Positions 10,164-18,465 of a DNA stretch of 64,000 nucleotides are shown piece after piece. Position numbers and translations under genes: made by a program. The notes below the pieces were generated by a model that saw only the letters and a list, made by a program, of their open reading frames with translations, had not been told where the DNA came from and made no database searches. How positions within the stretch are numbered: the first letter of the stretch is position 1; the number at the start of each line of letters is the position of its first letter. Source of the DNA: Candidatus Krumholzibacteriia bacterium (lineage in GTDB: Bacteria; Krumholzibacteriota; Krumholzibacteriia; Krumholzibacteriales; Krumholzibacteriaceae); assembly GCA_963836185.1 (NCBI GenBank), contig CAWIIQ010000001.1:1088001-1152000 (forward strand), read 5' to 3'.

Positions 10164-13062
10164 ATGTTAGGGGAAACAATCTCACATTATGAAATTCTCG
10201 AGAAGCTCGGCGAGGGCGGGATGGGCGTAGTCTACCGCGCCCGTGACACGAAGCTCGACCGCGAGGTGGCTATCAAGCTCCTGCCCCCGCACCTGAGCTC
10301 CGATCCCGAGGCGGTAAAGAGGTTCGTCCATGAGGCGAAGACCGCCTCGGCCCTGAACCACTCCGCTATAGGCGTCATCCACGAGATAGACGAGACGGAT
10401 GACGGCCAGACGTTCATCGCAATGGCCCTCTACGAGGGGGGACTCTCAGGGAGAAGCATCGACAGCGGCAGCATGACATCTAGGCGAAGCAGTAACCATA
10501 GCCTCCCAGATAGCCTCGGGTCTCGACCAGGGCCCACGAGAAGGGGATAGTCCACAGGGACATCAAGCCGCAGAACATACTTCTGACCAGAGACGGCGAG
10601 GCGAAGATAATCGACTTCGGCCTAGCGAAGCTCGCCGGAAGGACGAAGCTGACGAGGGACGGGAGTACGCTCGGCACTGCCGCCTACATGTCCCCCGAGC
10701 AGGCGAGGGGAGAAGAGGTCGATCACCGTTCGGACATCTTCTCTCTCGGGACGATCCTGTACGAGATGCTCGCCGGTGAGCCACCATTCAAGGGGGAGCA
10801 CGAGGCGGCGTTGCTCTACGGGATAGTGCACGAGGAGCATGAAGAGATATCGGAGAAGTGCGGGGGCATAGCACCGGAATTGTGCAATGTGGTCGGAAAG
10901 ACGCTGAAGAAGGAAAAGGAAGCAAGGTATCAGAACGCGGCGGACCTGAAAGCTGAATTGAAGAGGTCGAGCACCGGCAGTGTCGATGAGGGCGGACCGA
11001 GGGATACGAAGGACGCTGGAAGAGGTAAAGGGTTCTGGATAGGCATTGCGGCGGTCACCGTGACACTCACAACTGCCGTACTTCTCGTAATGACCGGACG
11101 TGAGCCGGCGCCGCTTACCGCTTCGGAGATGACTCTCGCTGTGGTTGATTTTAATGACCTAGCAACAGAACCGGATCCTATAAAATCCAAGACGATTACA
11201 GAGCTGCTAAATACCTCCCTGGGAGATTTCTGTCCGATACGCGTTCAGAGCCCGGAACGAGTAAGGGAATGTCGAAGACAGCTTTTCGGTTCAACTGAAG
11301 CGCAGATAGAGGAAGGGCAGGAACTGGAGATCGCGCGCAGGAGCGAAGCGACCTATTTGCTTACTGGCAGCATCAGTGTCGTTGGCAACGACGGTTTTAT
11401 CTCTTGGAGGCTCATAGATGTACTAAGTGGGACTATCATCAAGGCCGGAACAGTCGAACCAGGTGAGATGATGGCAGTAGTTGATAAGATCGTGGAGGTC
11501 GTATTGCCGGAGATCGCAGAAGCTTCGGGAGTTGAGCAGACTGCAGAGCAGGTTTCCGTGGCACAATCTCGACATCTTCACAGCAGGCGTTTGAGCATTA
11601 CGTTAGGGGTAAGATAAATCATGACAGCGATCGTCCAGTCGAAGCACTCGATGAATACACGAAAGCTGTCGGATTAGATTCCAGTTTTGCTCTTGCCTGG
11701 TTTGCTATGTCTAGACTCTACTATGGTGCCATGATGATTAGGTATGATCCGGCACTTTATAATAAATACAATGAGCTTGCCTTAAGGTATGAATCCAGGA
11801 TGGGCACCAAGGAGAGGATGCAGCTTCGTGCTATTAATCTTGGAGGAGTCAAAACGATAGAAAAACTCAAGGAAATCCTCGAGCTCTGGCCTGATGACCG
11901 CGAGACGCTGCAGATGCTCGTCCTCAGAACCCACTATAATTGGATGCAAAAAGAATGTATCGAGTACTCTCGAATCGGATTGACGCTATACCCGGAAGAC
12001 CAGGTTTTCGGAGGAAGTATCTATATCACATCTCTTAATAATTTGGGTCTAAGCCAAGAAGCGATGAAGGCGTCCAGAGAATTTATCAGAAAATATCCTG
12101 ACGATTCGGCAGCTTGGCGTTCTCTTGCCGAGACATTTGTGGTCATGGGGCAACCGGACAGTGCCGAGGCGATCTGCAGAATAATTTTGGAGAAATATCC
12201 TGAAGGCAGCCAGAATGCAGAGGCAAGGCGGATGATAGCACGATGTGCATATCTTGCAGGCGATCTAGATGAATCGATTTCAAGGTATGATAGATTATTG
12301 TCAGACGCGAACCTGGATGAATCTACTCGTCAGGAGATTCTTTCTAACTATACTCACATTATAGATCTTACTTATGTATATCGAGAAGCTGGCCGCTACT
12401 ACGACGCCTTGCGGACCTTGAATGAGGCAAGACCGTACTTCGGCAACCGACCTGATCGCTGGGAATTACAAATGGGCTATCTGCTAGTAGATATTGGCAG
12501 GAACAAGAATGCGTTGAAACTCGCTGAAGAGATGCTTGCATCAGATAATATGCCAATGCAGAGGTATGCCAGACGATTCATGGGCAAGGCGCAAGTTAAT
12601 AATGGTGATATCCAAGGTGCTCAGGAAACTGTATCGATACTGGATGGACTTGGCATAGTCAGGGGACCTATCTACAAGTACCATTCATTTTTCACTCAGG
12701 CATATATTGCATTGGCAAGGAATGATGCTTCAGTGTCTCTAAAGCATCTTGATGATGCGGCCCAGATAGTGGGCTTCTCATACTGCATGTTCGGAATCGA
12801 GCTGAAGACATTGCAGGCGGAGGCGAACAGACTGGCAGGGGACCTGGAGGCGGCAGCCTCGATCCATGAAGAACTGCTGAGGATTCATGGCGGACATGCA
12901 TTGTCACACTTCGAACTCGGTAAACTGTATGAGGCAATGAGAAGAACGGACGAGGCAAAACTGCACTATAATAGATTCCTAGAGATGTGGAATAACGCTG
13001 ATGATGGATTACCTCAACCTGCACTCGCGAGGGAGAGACTGACAGCGCTTAAAGGTGTTTAA
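10164..13062 (+). CDS. Cassette 7: Hanks-type Ser/Thr kinase-TM-TPR protein (several frameshifts)
   Basis: [38 protein letters not shown]; TM segment; TPR-like helices. Confidence 0.85.
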
Positions 13063-13081
13063 ATAGAGCAGGGCTTTCATC

Positions 13082-13220
13082 GCATAACAGTGTGTTCGCG
13101 GCTACAGGCCTTCGGCCCTTCGCTCAGATGGCCTTTGTCACGGCAGCCGCAGGGCGACTGCCGCGCCAACCGGGCCTTGAGGCCCGGACGGCCACCTCGC
13201 GAACACGACCAATGTTATCC
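13082..13220 (+). repeat. attC-like repeat 7
   Basis: GCATAAC...GTTATCC. Confidence 0.9.
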
Positions 13221-13645
13221 GCTATGTGGCAGCTGATTGAATTTATCTTCGATCTTTTCTTTTTATTGGGACCCTTCTTCCCGCCCATCCCAACCATTAC
13301 CAGCCGGAGGTCGACTTCCGAGAGTCTCTAGAGCTAGTTCTGCAAGGTGACGAGTCCAACCCCTGTAAGAATAATGCCTCTATAGATGATCCGGCCTGAG
13401 GGTGGCTTGCGAGGCGCGACTGAGATCCTCGGGTCAAGAGGCTTTAAGGGCCGAAATAGGGGTAGGGGAGCGATCGTCAGGGACTTGCTATCATCGGTCT
13501 GAGGCAGGTTCATCTCTCGACTTCGGGAGGCGCAGTCGCAGTTCTATCAACGGGTCAACGCCGAAAGACTATTGAAAGTTCGAGATTAACGGTATAGATT
13601 TAGAGGTGAGGGGTGCCTATATATGAATTCCACACAGCGGATAAC
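13214..13645. other. Cassette 8: ORF-less cassette, copy B
   Basis: Paralog of 9570-9999; no credible ORF. Confidence 0.7.
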
Positions 13646-13767
13646 AGCAGTGTTCGCGGCTACGGGCCTTGAGGCCCTCGCTCAGATGGCCTTTACCGGC
13701 CTTTGGCGCGCCGGCCAACCGGGCCTGAGGCCCGACGACCAACTCGTTAACATGACCACTGTTATGG
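13639..13767 (+). repeat. attC-like repeat 8 (degenerate)
   Basis: GGATAAC...CTCGTTAACATGACCACTGTTATGG; right arm eroded. Confidence 0.75.
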
Positions 13768-14291
13768 AGGGACGTTTTAGAAAATGTAACATACGAATCA
13801 TTCTGGTTGTTCTCGTCTTAACTTCAGCTCTTATATCCTGTGGAGAGGATAGCTGTGAGTGCCCTACACCTAATCCTATTGAATACACCAGCGTTGTGTT
13901 CTACTACAAAGATCATCCATATTGCTATTCAAGTACTGCTGGATTAGAGGTAGAGCTTTATGTCGGTGATGAACTCATAGGGTATTGGCATTATGGCTCT
14001 AATCCAGCAGATCCAAATCTAGATTATCCTAATTCGCAACCTTTTCCGGTTGAGCTCGGAAGTGCCTTGAACCTTGAATTCAGGTATTGGGATAAATCAG
14101 GTCATGAGATGAGAGACACAGCAAATCTCATCATGGATGATGAAGATTGCACTTACGTCAGTTTCTTTGCCGACATAGAAAATCCCTGCCTGGGTGCTGA
14201 GTTATGTGATAGTTGTATTGTTTTTGAGATCGATGAAAACATGAAGTGTGAGGGTGCTGATTCAATCTATGTCGCTGTAGTGACTAATTGA
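13764..14291 (+). CDS. Cassette 9: Cys-rich lipoprotein
   Basis: IILVVLVLTSALISC lipobox; ATG lies within the GTTATG box. Confidence 0.65.
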   Translation: MEGRFRKCNIRIILVVLVLTSALISCGEDSCECPTPNPIEYTSVVFYYKDHPYCYSSTAGLEVELYVGDELIGYWHYGSNPADPNLDYPNSQPFPVELGSALNLEFRYWDKSGHEMRDTANLIMDDEDCTYVSFFADIENPCLGAELCDSCIVFEIDENMKCEGADSIYVAVVTN

Positions 14292-14304
14292 TGGAGACAG
14301 CGGC

Positions 14305-14445
14305 ATATAACAGTGTGTTCGCGGCTACGGGCCTTGCGGCCCTTCGCTCAGATGGCCTTTGTCACGGCGGCCGCAGAAGCGCCCGCCGCGCCAACCGGGC
14401 CTGGCGGCCCGGACGGCCACCTCGCGAACACGACCAATGTTATCC
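14305..14445 (+). repeat. attC-like repeat 9
   Basis: ATATAAC...GTTATCC. Confidence 0.9.
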
Positions 14446-14461
14446 GCAAGCGTATTATGAT

Positions 14462-14857
14462 ATGAACAAGTTCCCAGCAATATTTTTTTTGTCACTCCTT
14501 CTGGCTTCCTGCCGAGATCCTTTCGCGCATGAATGGGAAAACTTATATCAGCTCAGCGCAGATCAGATTATTCTACCCGATACTGCTCAAATATTTCAAC
14601 CGATGCAGGTCAAAGTGCAGGTTACTTTAGATACATCTAATCATAATTACAAAGACCAATATATCGAAACAACACCAGATGGCTATCTGATAGTGCTGAT
14701 TGGTGTAATAGAAGATACGAGATTTCCAGATAATGACCCGGATCCCAGAACAGAATGGCATTCTTTTAACCTTATCCCATTTAAGAAAGGAGAAGTAATC
14801 ATTGAGGGGAAACGAGTCAATTCAGAGAATCTTATTGATTCAGTGTATGTTCAGTAG
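14462..14857 (+). CDS. Cassette 10: lipoprotein, family B
   Basis: LLLASC lipobox; DQIILPDT, EWHSF motifs shared with cassettes 12 and 13. Confidence 0.75.
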   Translation: MNKFPAIFFLSLLLASCRDPFAHEWENLYQLSADQIILPDTAQIFQPMQVKVQVTLDTSNHNYKDQYIETTPDGYLIVLIGVIEDTRFPDNDPDPRTEWHSFNLIPFKKGEVIIEGKRVNSENLIDSVYVQ

Positions 14858-14870
14858 TGGGCACGCCTGC

Positions 14871-15010
14871 GCATAACAGAGTGTTCGCGGCTACGGCCTT
14901 CGGCCTTTCGCTCAGATGGCCTTTGTCACGGCGGCCGCTGGAGCGCCCGCCGCGCCAACCGGACTTGGCGGCCCCGGACGGCCACCTCGAAAACACGACC
15001 AACGTTATAC
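14871..15010 (+). repeat. attC-like repeat 10
   Basis: GCATAAC...GTTATAC. Confidence 0.9.
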
Positions 15011-15039
15011 GAAAGGCCGGGAAGCGATAAAAAAGAACC

Positions 15040-15075
15040 TTGACAGATATGCATATATGATGCATACTGATGCAT
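15040..15075 (+). promoter_or_regulatory. TA promoter with three ATGCAT palindromes
   Basis: TTGACA(15040)-17 nt-CATACT(15063); ATGCAT at 15049, 15060, 15070. Confidence 0.6.
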
Positions 15076-15271
15076 ATGAGAACTACACTGAATATTGACG
15101 ATGATCTGATTCGCAAGGCAGCGAAGATGACAGGGATCAGCGAGAAGACTTCCCTGGTACGCCTCGGGCTTGAAGCATTGATCGCTCTTGAGAGCGCGAG
15201 AAGGCTAGCAGCTCTTGGCGGCACAGAGAAAGATCTTGGCCCTGATTCCTCGCAAACGAACGAGTTCGTGA
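15076..15271 (+). CDS. vapB: Cassette 11: VapB-type antitoxin (stop codon bypassed by a probable 1-nt indel)
   Basis: MRTTLNIDDDLIRKAAKMTGISEKTSLVRLGLEALIALESARRLAALGG. Confidence 0.8.
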
Positions 15272-15273
15272 GT

Positions 15274-15630
15274 ATGATCCTGGCTGATACATCTGTATGG
15301 ATCGATCATCTTCGCAATGGAAACAAGCGGATGGCTCTTTTTCTGAACGAAGGTGTCGTTTTGTGTCATCCTTTCATACTCGGGGAATTGGCCTGTGGGA
15401 ACCTCAAAAACAGAGCTAAAATACTCGATATGCTTGCTTCCCTTCCGACAATGCCAGTTGCAGAGCACAGTGAAGTGCTTGATTTCATTTCCCGATACAA
15501 ATTCCAAGGGAAGGGTATAGGGTGGATCGATGCCCATCTGTTGGCATCAACATTTCTGGCGAAAAGCCGAATCTGGACTCTCGACAAATCTTTACTAAAG
15601 ATAGCAAAAGACCTGAAGGTCTCAATATAG
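15274..15630 (+). CDS. vapC: Cassette 11: VapC PIN-domain toxin
   Basis: MILADTSVWIDHLR, HPFILGELACG, GIGWIDAHLL, WTLDK. Confidence 0.88.
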   Translation: MILADTSVWIDHLRNGNKRMALFLNEGVVLCHPFILGELACGNLKNRAKILDMLASLPTMPVAEHSEVLDFISRYKFQGKGIGWIDAHLLASTFLAKSRIWTLDKSLLKIAKDLKVSI

Positions 15631-15662
15631 GGCAATCAAAAGGTTTAGTAGCCGGCCACTTC

Positions 15663-15803
15663 GTATAACAGAGTGTTCGCGGCTGCGGGCCTTGCGGCCC
15701 TTCGCTCAGATGGCCTTTGTCACGGCGGCCGCAGGAGCACCCGCCGCGCCAACCGGGCCTGGCGGCCCGGACGGCCACCTCGCGAACACGACCAATGTTA
15801 TCC
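15663..15803 (+). repeat. attC-like repeat 11
   Basis: GTATAAC...GTTATCC. Confidence 0.9.
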
Positions 15804-15820
15804 GAAAGCGCGGGATATGT

Positions 15821-16202
15821 ATGAATAAAAAAATCGCATTATCGATCCCATTACTTCTTGTAGTTGCATGTAATCTATTCAAGCCACCTGAAAAGATACA
15901 AACATGGGCTGATGTCGAACAGATTGTTGTTCCTGATACTGTTGACTATTTCGAAGCTTTCGAGATCAGCGCTGAAATTTCAATGGACCATACATGTAAG
16001 TATGTAGGTCCTGTGCTGGAAGAAACTTCTGAGGGCTGCTCCATTACCATTATCGTTGAATCTGTGGAAGTGAGCTTTCATGAAAAGGATATTTCTGAGT
16101 GGCATACCTTTACTCTGAGACCTCTCGAATTGGGATCTTACATCATCAGGGTGAAAAGTAAGAATGTGGAAGATTCTTGTTGATTCAACTTACGTTCGTT
16201 AG
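15821..16202 (+). CDS. Cassette 12: lipoprotein, family B (3' frameshift)
   Basis: LLLVVAC lipobox; EQIVVPDT, EWHTF; shifted tail LVDSTYVR. Confidence 0.72.
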
Positions 16203-16212
16203 ATGCGCCATC

Positions 16213-16353
16213 GGATAACAGTGTGTTCGCGGCTACAGGCCTTGCGGCCTTTCGCTCAGATGGCCTTTGTCACGGCGGCCGCAGGAGCGCCCGCCGCGCC
16301 AACCGGGCCTGGGGGCCCGGACGGCCACCTCGCGAACACGACCAATGTTATGC
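16213..16353 (+). repeat. attC-like repeat 12
   Basis: GGATAAC...GTTATGC. Confidence 0.9.
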
Positions 16354-16369
16354 GAAGGCGAGGGGAACA

Positions 16370-16759
16370 ATGAAATTAGCGGTTGGAATAATTGCAATTA
16401 TCGTTATTTGCTCTTCCTGCGAAGATCCACCAGTAAAAGTATGTGACCGACCAGTAATGTTGGAAGTAGAACAGTTGATGGCTCCGGATTCTTGCAGGTT
16501 AGGTGAGCAGGCACAATTACAAGTCGAAGTAATTCTTAACGGTTCAAGTTATAGTTATTTCGGCCCCGACATTAACGACACAGATTCGGGTTGTAGAATA
16601 AGGATTATGGGAGAAAAAGATGAATGTGCACTTAACACTCCTTGCATTTGCTACGAGTGGCATTCGTTTGTTATTTCCCCCTCACAAACGGGAATATACA
16701 TAATAGAGATAATTAATTCTCAAGCTGATGATTTAGCGGATACAATAACAGTGTATTAG
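16370..16759 (+). CDS. Cassette 13: lipoprotein, family B
   Basis: GAGGGG RBS; ICSSC lipobox; EQLMAPDS, EWHSF. Confidence 0.75.
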   Translation: MKLAVGIIAIIVICSSCEDPPVKVCDRPVMLEVEQLMAPDSCRLGEQAQLQVEVILNGSSYSYFGPDINDTDSGCRIRIMGEKDECALNTPCICYEWHSFVISPSQTGIYIIEIINSQADDLADTITVY

Positions 16760-16769
16760 CTGTGCCATC

Positions 16770-16908
16770 GGATAACAGAGTGTTCGCGGCTGCAGGCCTT
16801 CGGCCTTTCGCTCAGATGGCCTTTGTCACGACAGCCGCAGGGCGACTGCCGCGCTAACCGGGCCTGGCGGCCCGGACGGCCACCTCGCGAACACGACCAA
16901 TGTTATGT
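16770..16908 (+). repeat. attC-like repeat 13
   Basis: GGATAAC...GTTATGT. Confidence 0.9.
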
Positions 16909-16935
16909 GCAATGCTGTGCATTAATTTAAAGGGG

Positions 16936-17100
16936 ATGAAGTTGAAGAAACTATCTCTGATCATCGGAATTCTCGCATTAGCCGTTGCAATAATCATCTT
17001 CATATATGCTTCTGGTGCTAGGCGAATTTATAGCGGCCTCTTATTTATATTGATAGCTATCATCCAATTCACTTTTGCTCTTCGAAAAGGTGATAAATGA
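16936..17100 (+). CDS. Cassette 14: 54-aa two-TM protein
   Basis: Two hydrophobic segments; fills the cassette. Confidence 0.65.
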   Translation: MKLKKLSLIIGILALAVAIIIFIYASGARRIYSGLLFILIAIIQFTFALRKGDK

Positions 17101-17116
17101 TCAATAAGGGCACTGC

Positions 17117-17189
17117 ACATAACAGAGTGTTCGCGGCTGCGGGCCTTGCGGCCCGGACGGCCATCTCGCGAACACGACCAACGTTATGC
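17117..17189 (+). repeat. attC-like repeat 14 (73 bp, internally deleted)
   Basis: Both ends intact; central ~65 nt missing. Confidence 0.85.
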
Positions 17190-17235
17190 GAAAAGCCGCA
17201 GACGTTAAAACCTACCCCTGGGAGGAGATGATGTG

Positions 17236-17692
17236 ATGTTGAAATCAGGAATGTTCATCATTGCCGCTGTTTTTTTTATTCTCGCTCCTTATTTCTTGTG
17301 AGGATGAAGAAGGCATCATTTGTGGGGGAGAGTGCCTTTATCATGAGATACCAGGCACAGCATCTATTATTTCTGTTACTGATATTGATGGATCTACCTA
17401 TTGTGGAGATCCTGTCGAGGTGATTTACAACTTTACTCCAGATGATCCAAGCGATATTGATCCAGACTATTTGACGATTTGGCCACTCGATAATATTTAC
17501 TACAAGATAGGTCAAAACAATCCGCCACGAAGATGGGTTGAAACGCATGGACTTCTGGCAGGAACAGACCATCCATGTACAAGATTTAGGATTTACAAGG
17601 GATCTTGTGTGCCTGTTGGATACAATTTTGATGGCATAGATGATTACAGTGTCTCTGATTCATGTGATGTATGGGAGCAAGAGATACCATAA
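17236..17692 (+). CDS. Cassette 15: Cys-rich lipoprotein, family A (frameshift in poly-T run)
   Basis: SLLISC lipobox; GTASIISV, FTPDDPS, PPRRWV, DSCDVWE. Confidence 0.75.
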
Positions 17693-17716
17693 GTAAACTT
17701 GATTACTGCGACCACC

Positions 17717-17847
17717 GCATAACAGAGGCATTTGCGTACTCGCCTGGCTTCGCCAGAACTAGGCTGTCACGGCCGTTGCAATTTGAGTGCATGATGATAG
17801 ATAAATAGGGGATTGCGGCTGCGCCGCGAATGCTCACAATGTTATAC
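17717..17847 (+). repeat. attC-like repeat 15 (divergent type)
   Basis: GCATAACAGAGGCATTTGCG...CGCGAATGCTCACAATGTTATAC; compensated stem. Confidence 0.8.
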
Positions 17848-17875
17848 GGCATGCAGTTCATGGCAGGGGAATAAA

Positions 17876-18418
17876 TTGATCCATATAGTATTTGATCTCG
17901 AAGCTACCTGCTGGGAACAGGGCACAACGCCGAGTCGAATGGAAATTATTGAAATTGGGGCCACAAGGCTGCACCCTGATACATACGAAATCGATAGTGT
18001 GTTCTCTACCTTTGTGCGACCTGTCGAGGAACCTGAGCTAAGCGACTTCTGCAAGAACCTAACATCCATCCAACAAACTGACGTCGATCTTGCGCCTGTT
18101 TTTCCCGAGGCGATGGATATGTTCTTTGCCTGGATTGATGCTAGTGAAGTTACCTTTTATTCCTGGGGCTACTATGATATCAAGCAGATCCGAATGGATT
18201 ACCAGCGTCATGGAAATTCTGAGCCGGCGGCATTCAGTAGCCACGTTAATTTGAAGAAGCTATTTTCTGAGATCTATGGCAGGAAGCCTTGTGGAATGCG
18301 GAAGGCTCTAAATATACTTGGGTTGGGGCATGAAGGGACGCATCATAGGGGTGTGGATGATGCAAAGAACATTTCCAGGATCGCTAAAGTAATTCTTCCG
18401 GAATATTATGGCTCCTGA
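17876..18418 (+). CDS. Cassette 16: DEDDh 3'-5' exonuclease (ERI-1/KapD-like)
   Basis: VFDLEATCW, EIIEIGA, WGYYD, HHRGVDDA. Confidence 0.85.
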   Translation: MIHIVFDLEATCWEQGTTPSRMEIIEIGATRLHPDTYEIDSVFSTFVRPVEEPELSDFCKNLTSIQQTDVDLAPVFPEAMDMFFAWIDASEVTFYSWGYYDIKQIRMDYQRHGNSEPAAFSSHVNLKKLFSEIYGRKPCGMRKALNILGLGHEGTHHRGVDDAKNISRIAKVILPEYYGS

Positions 18419-18465
18419 AGACCTGAGTATTGGGGAACTGGACTTTGAATAGGTGGCTGCACGCC

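Noticed and set aside
5190-16369. Recurrent ORFs reading through the repeats (MFAAAGLRPFAQMAFVTAAA..., MVVFARWPSG...)
   Set aside because: Translations of the GC-rich repeat; the real starts with RBS and signal peptides lie downstream of each GTT box.
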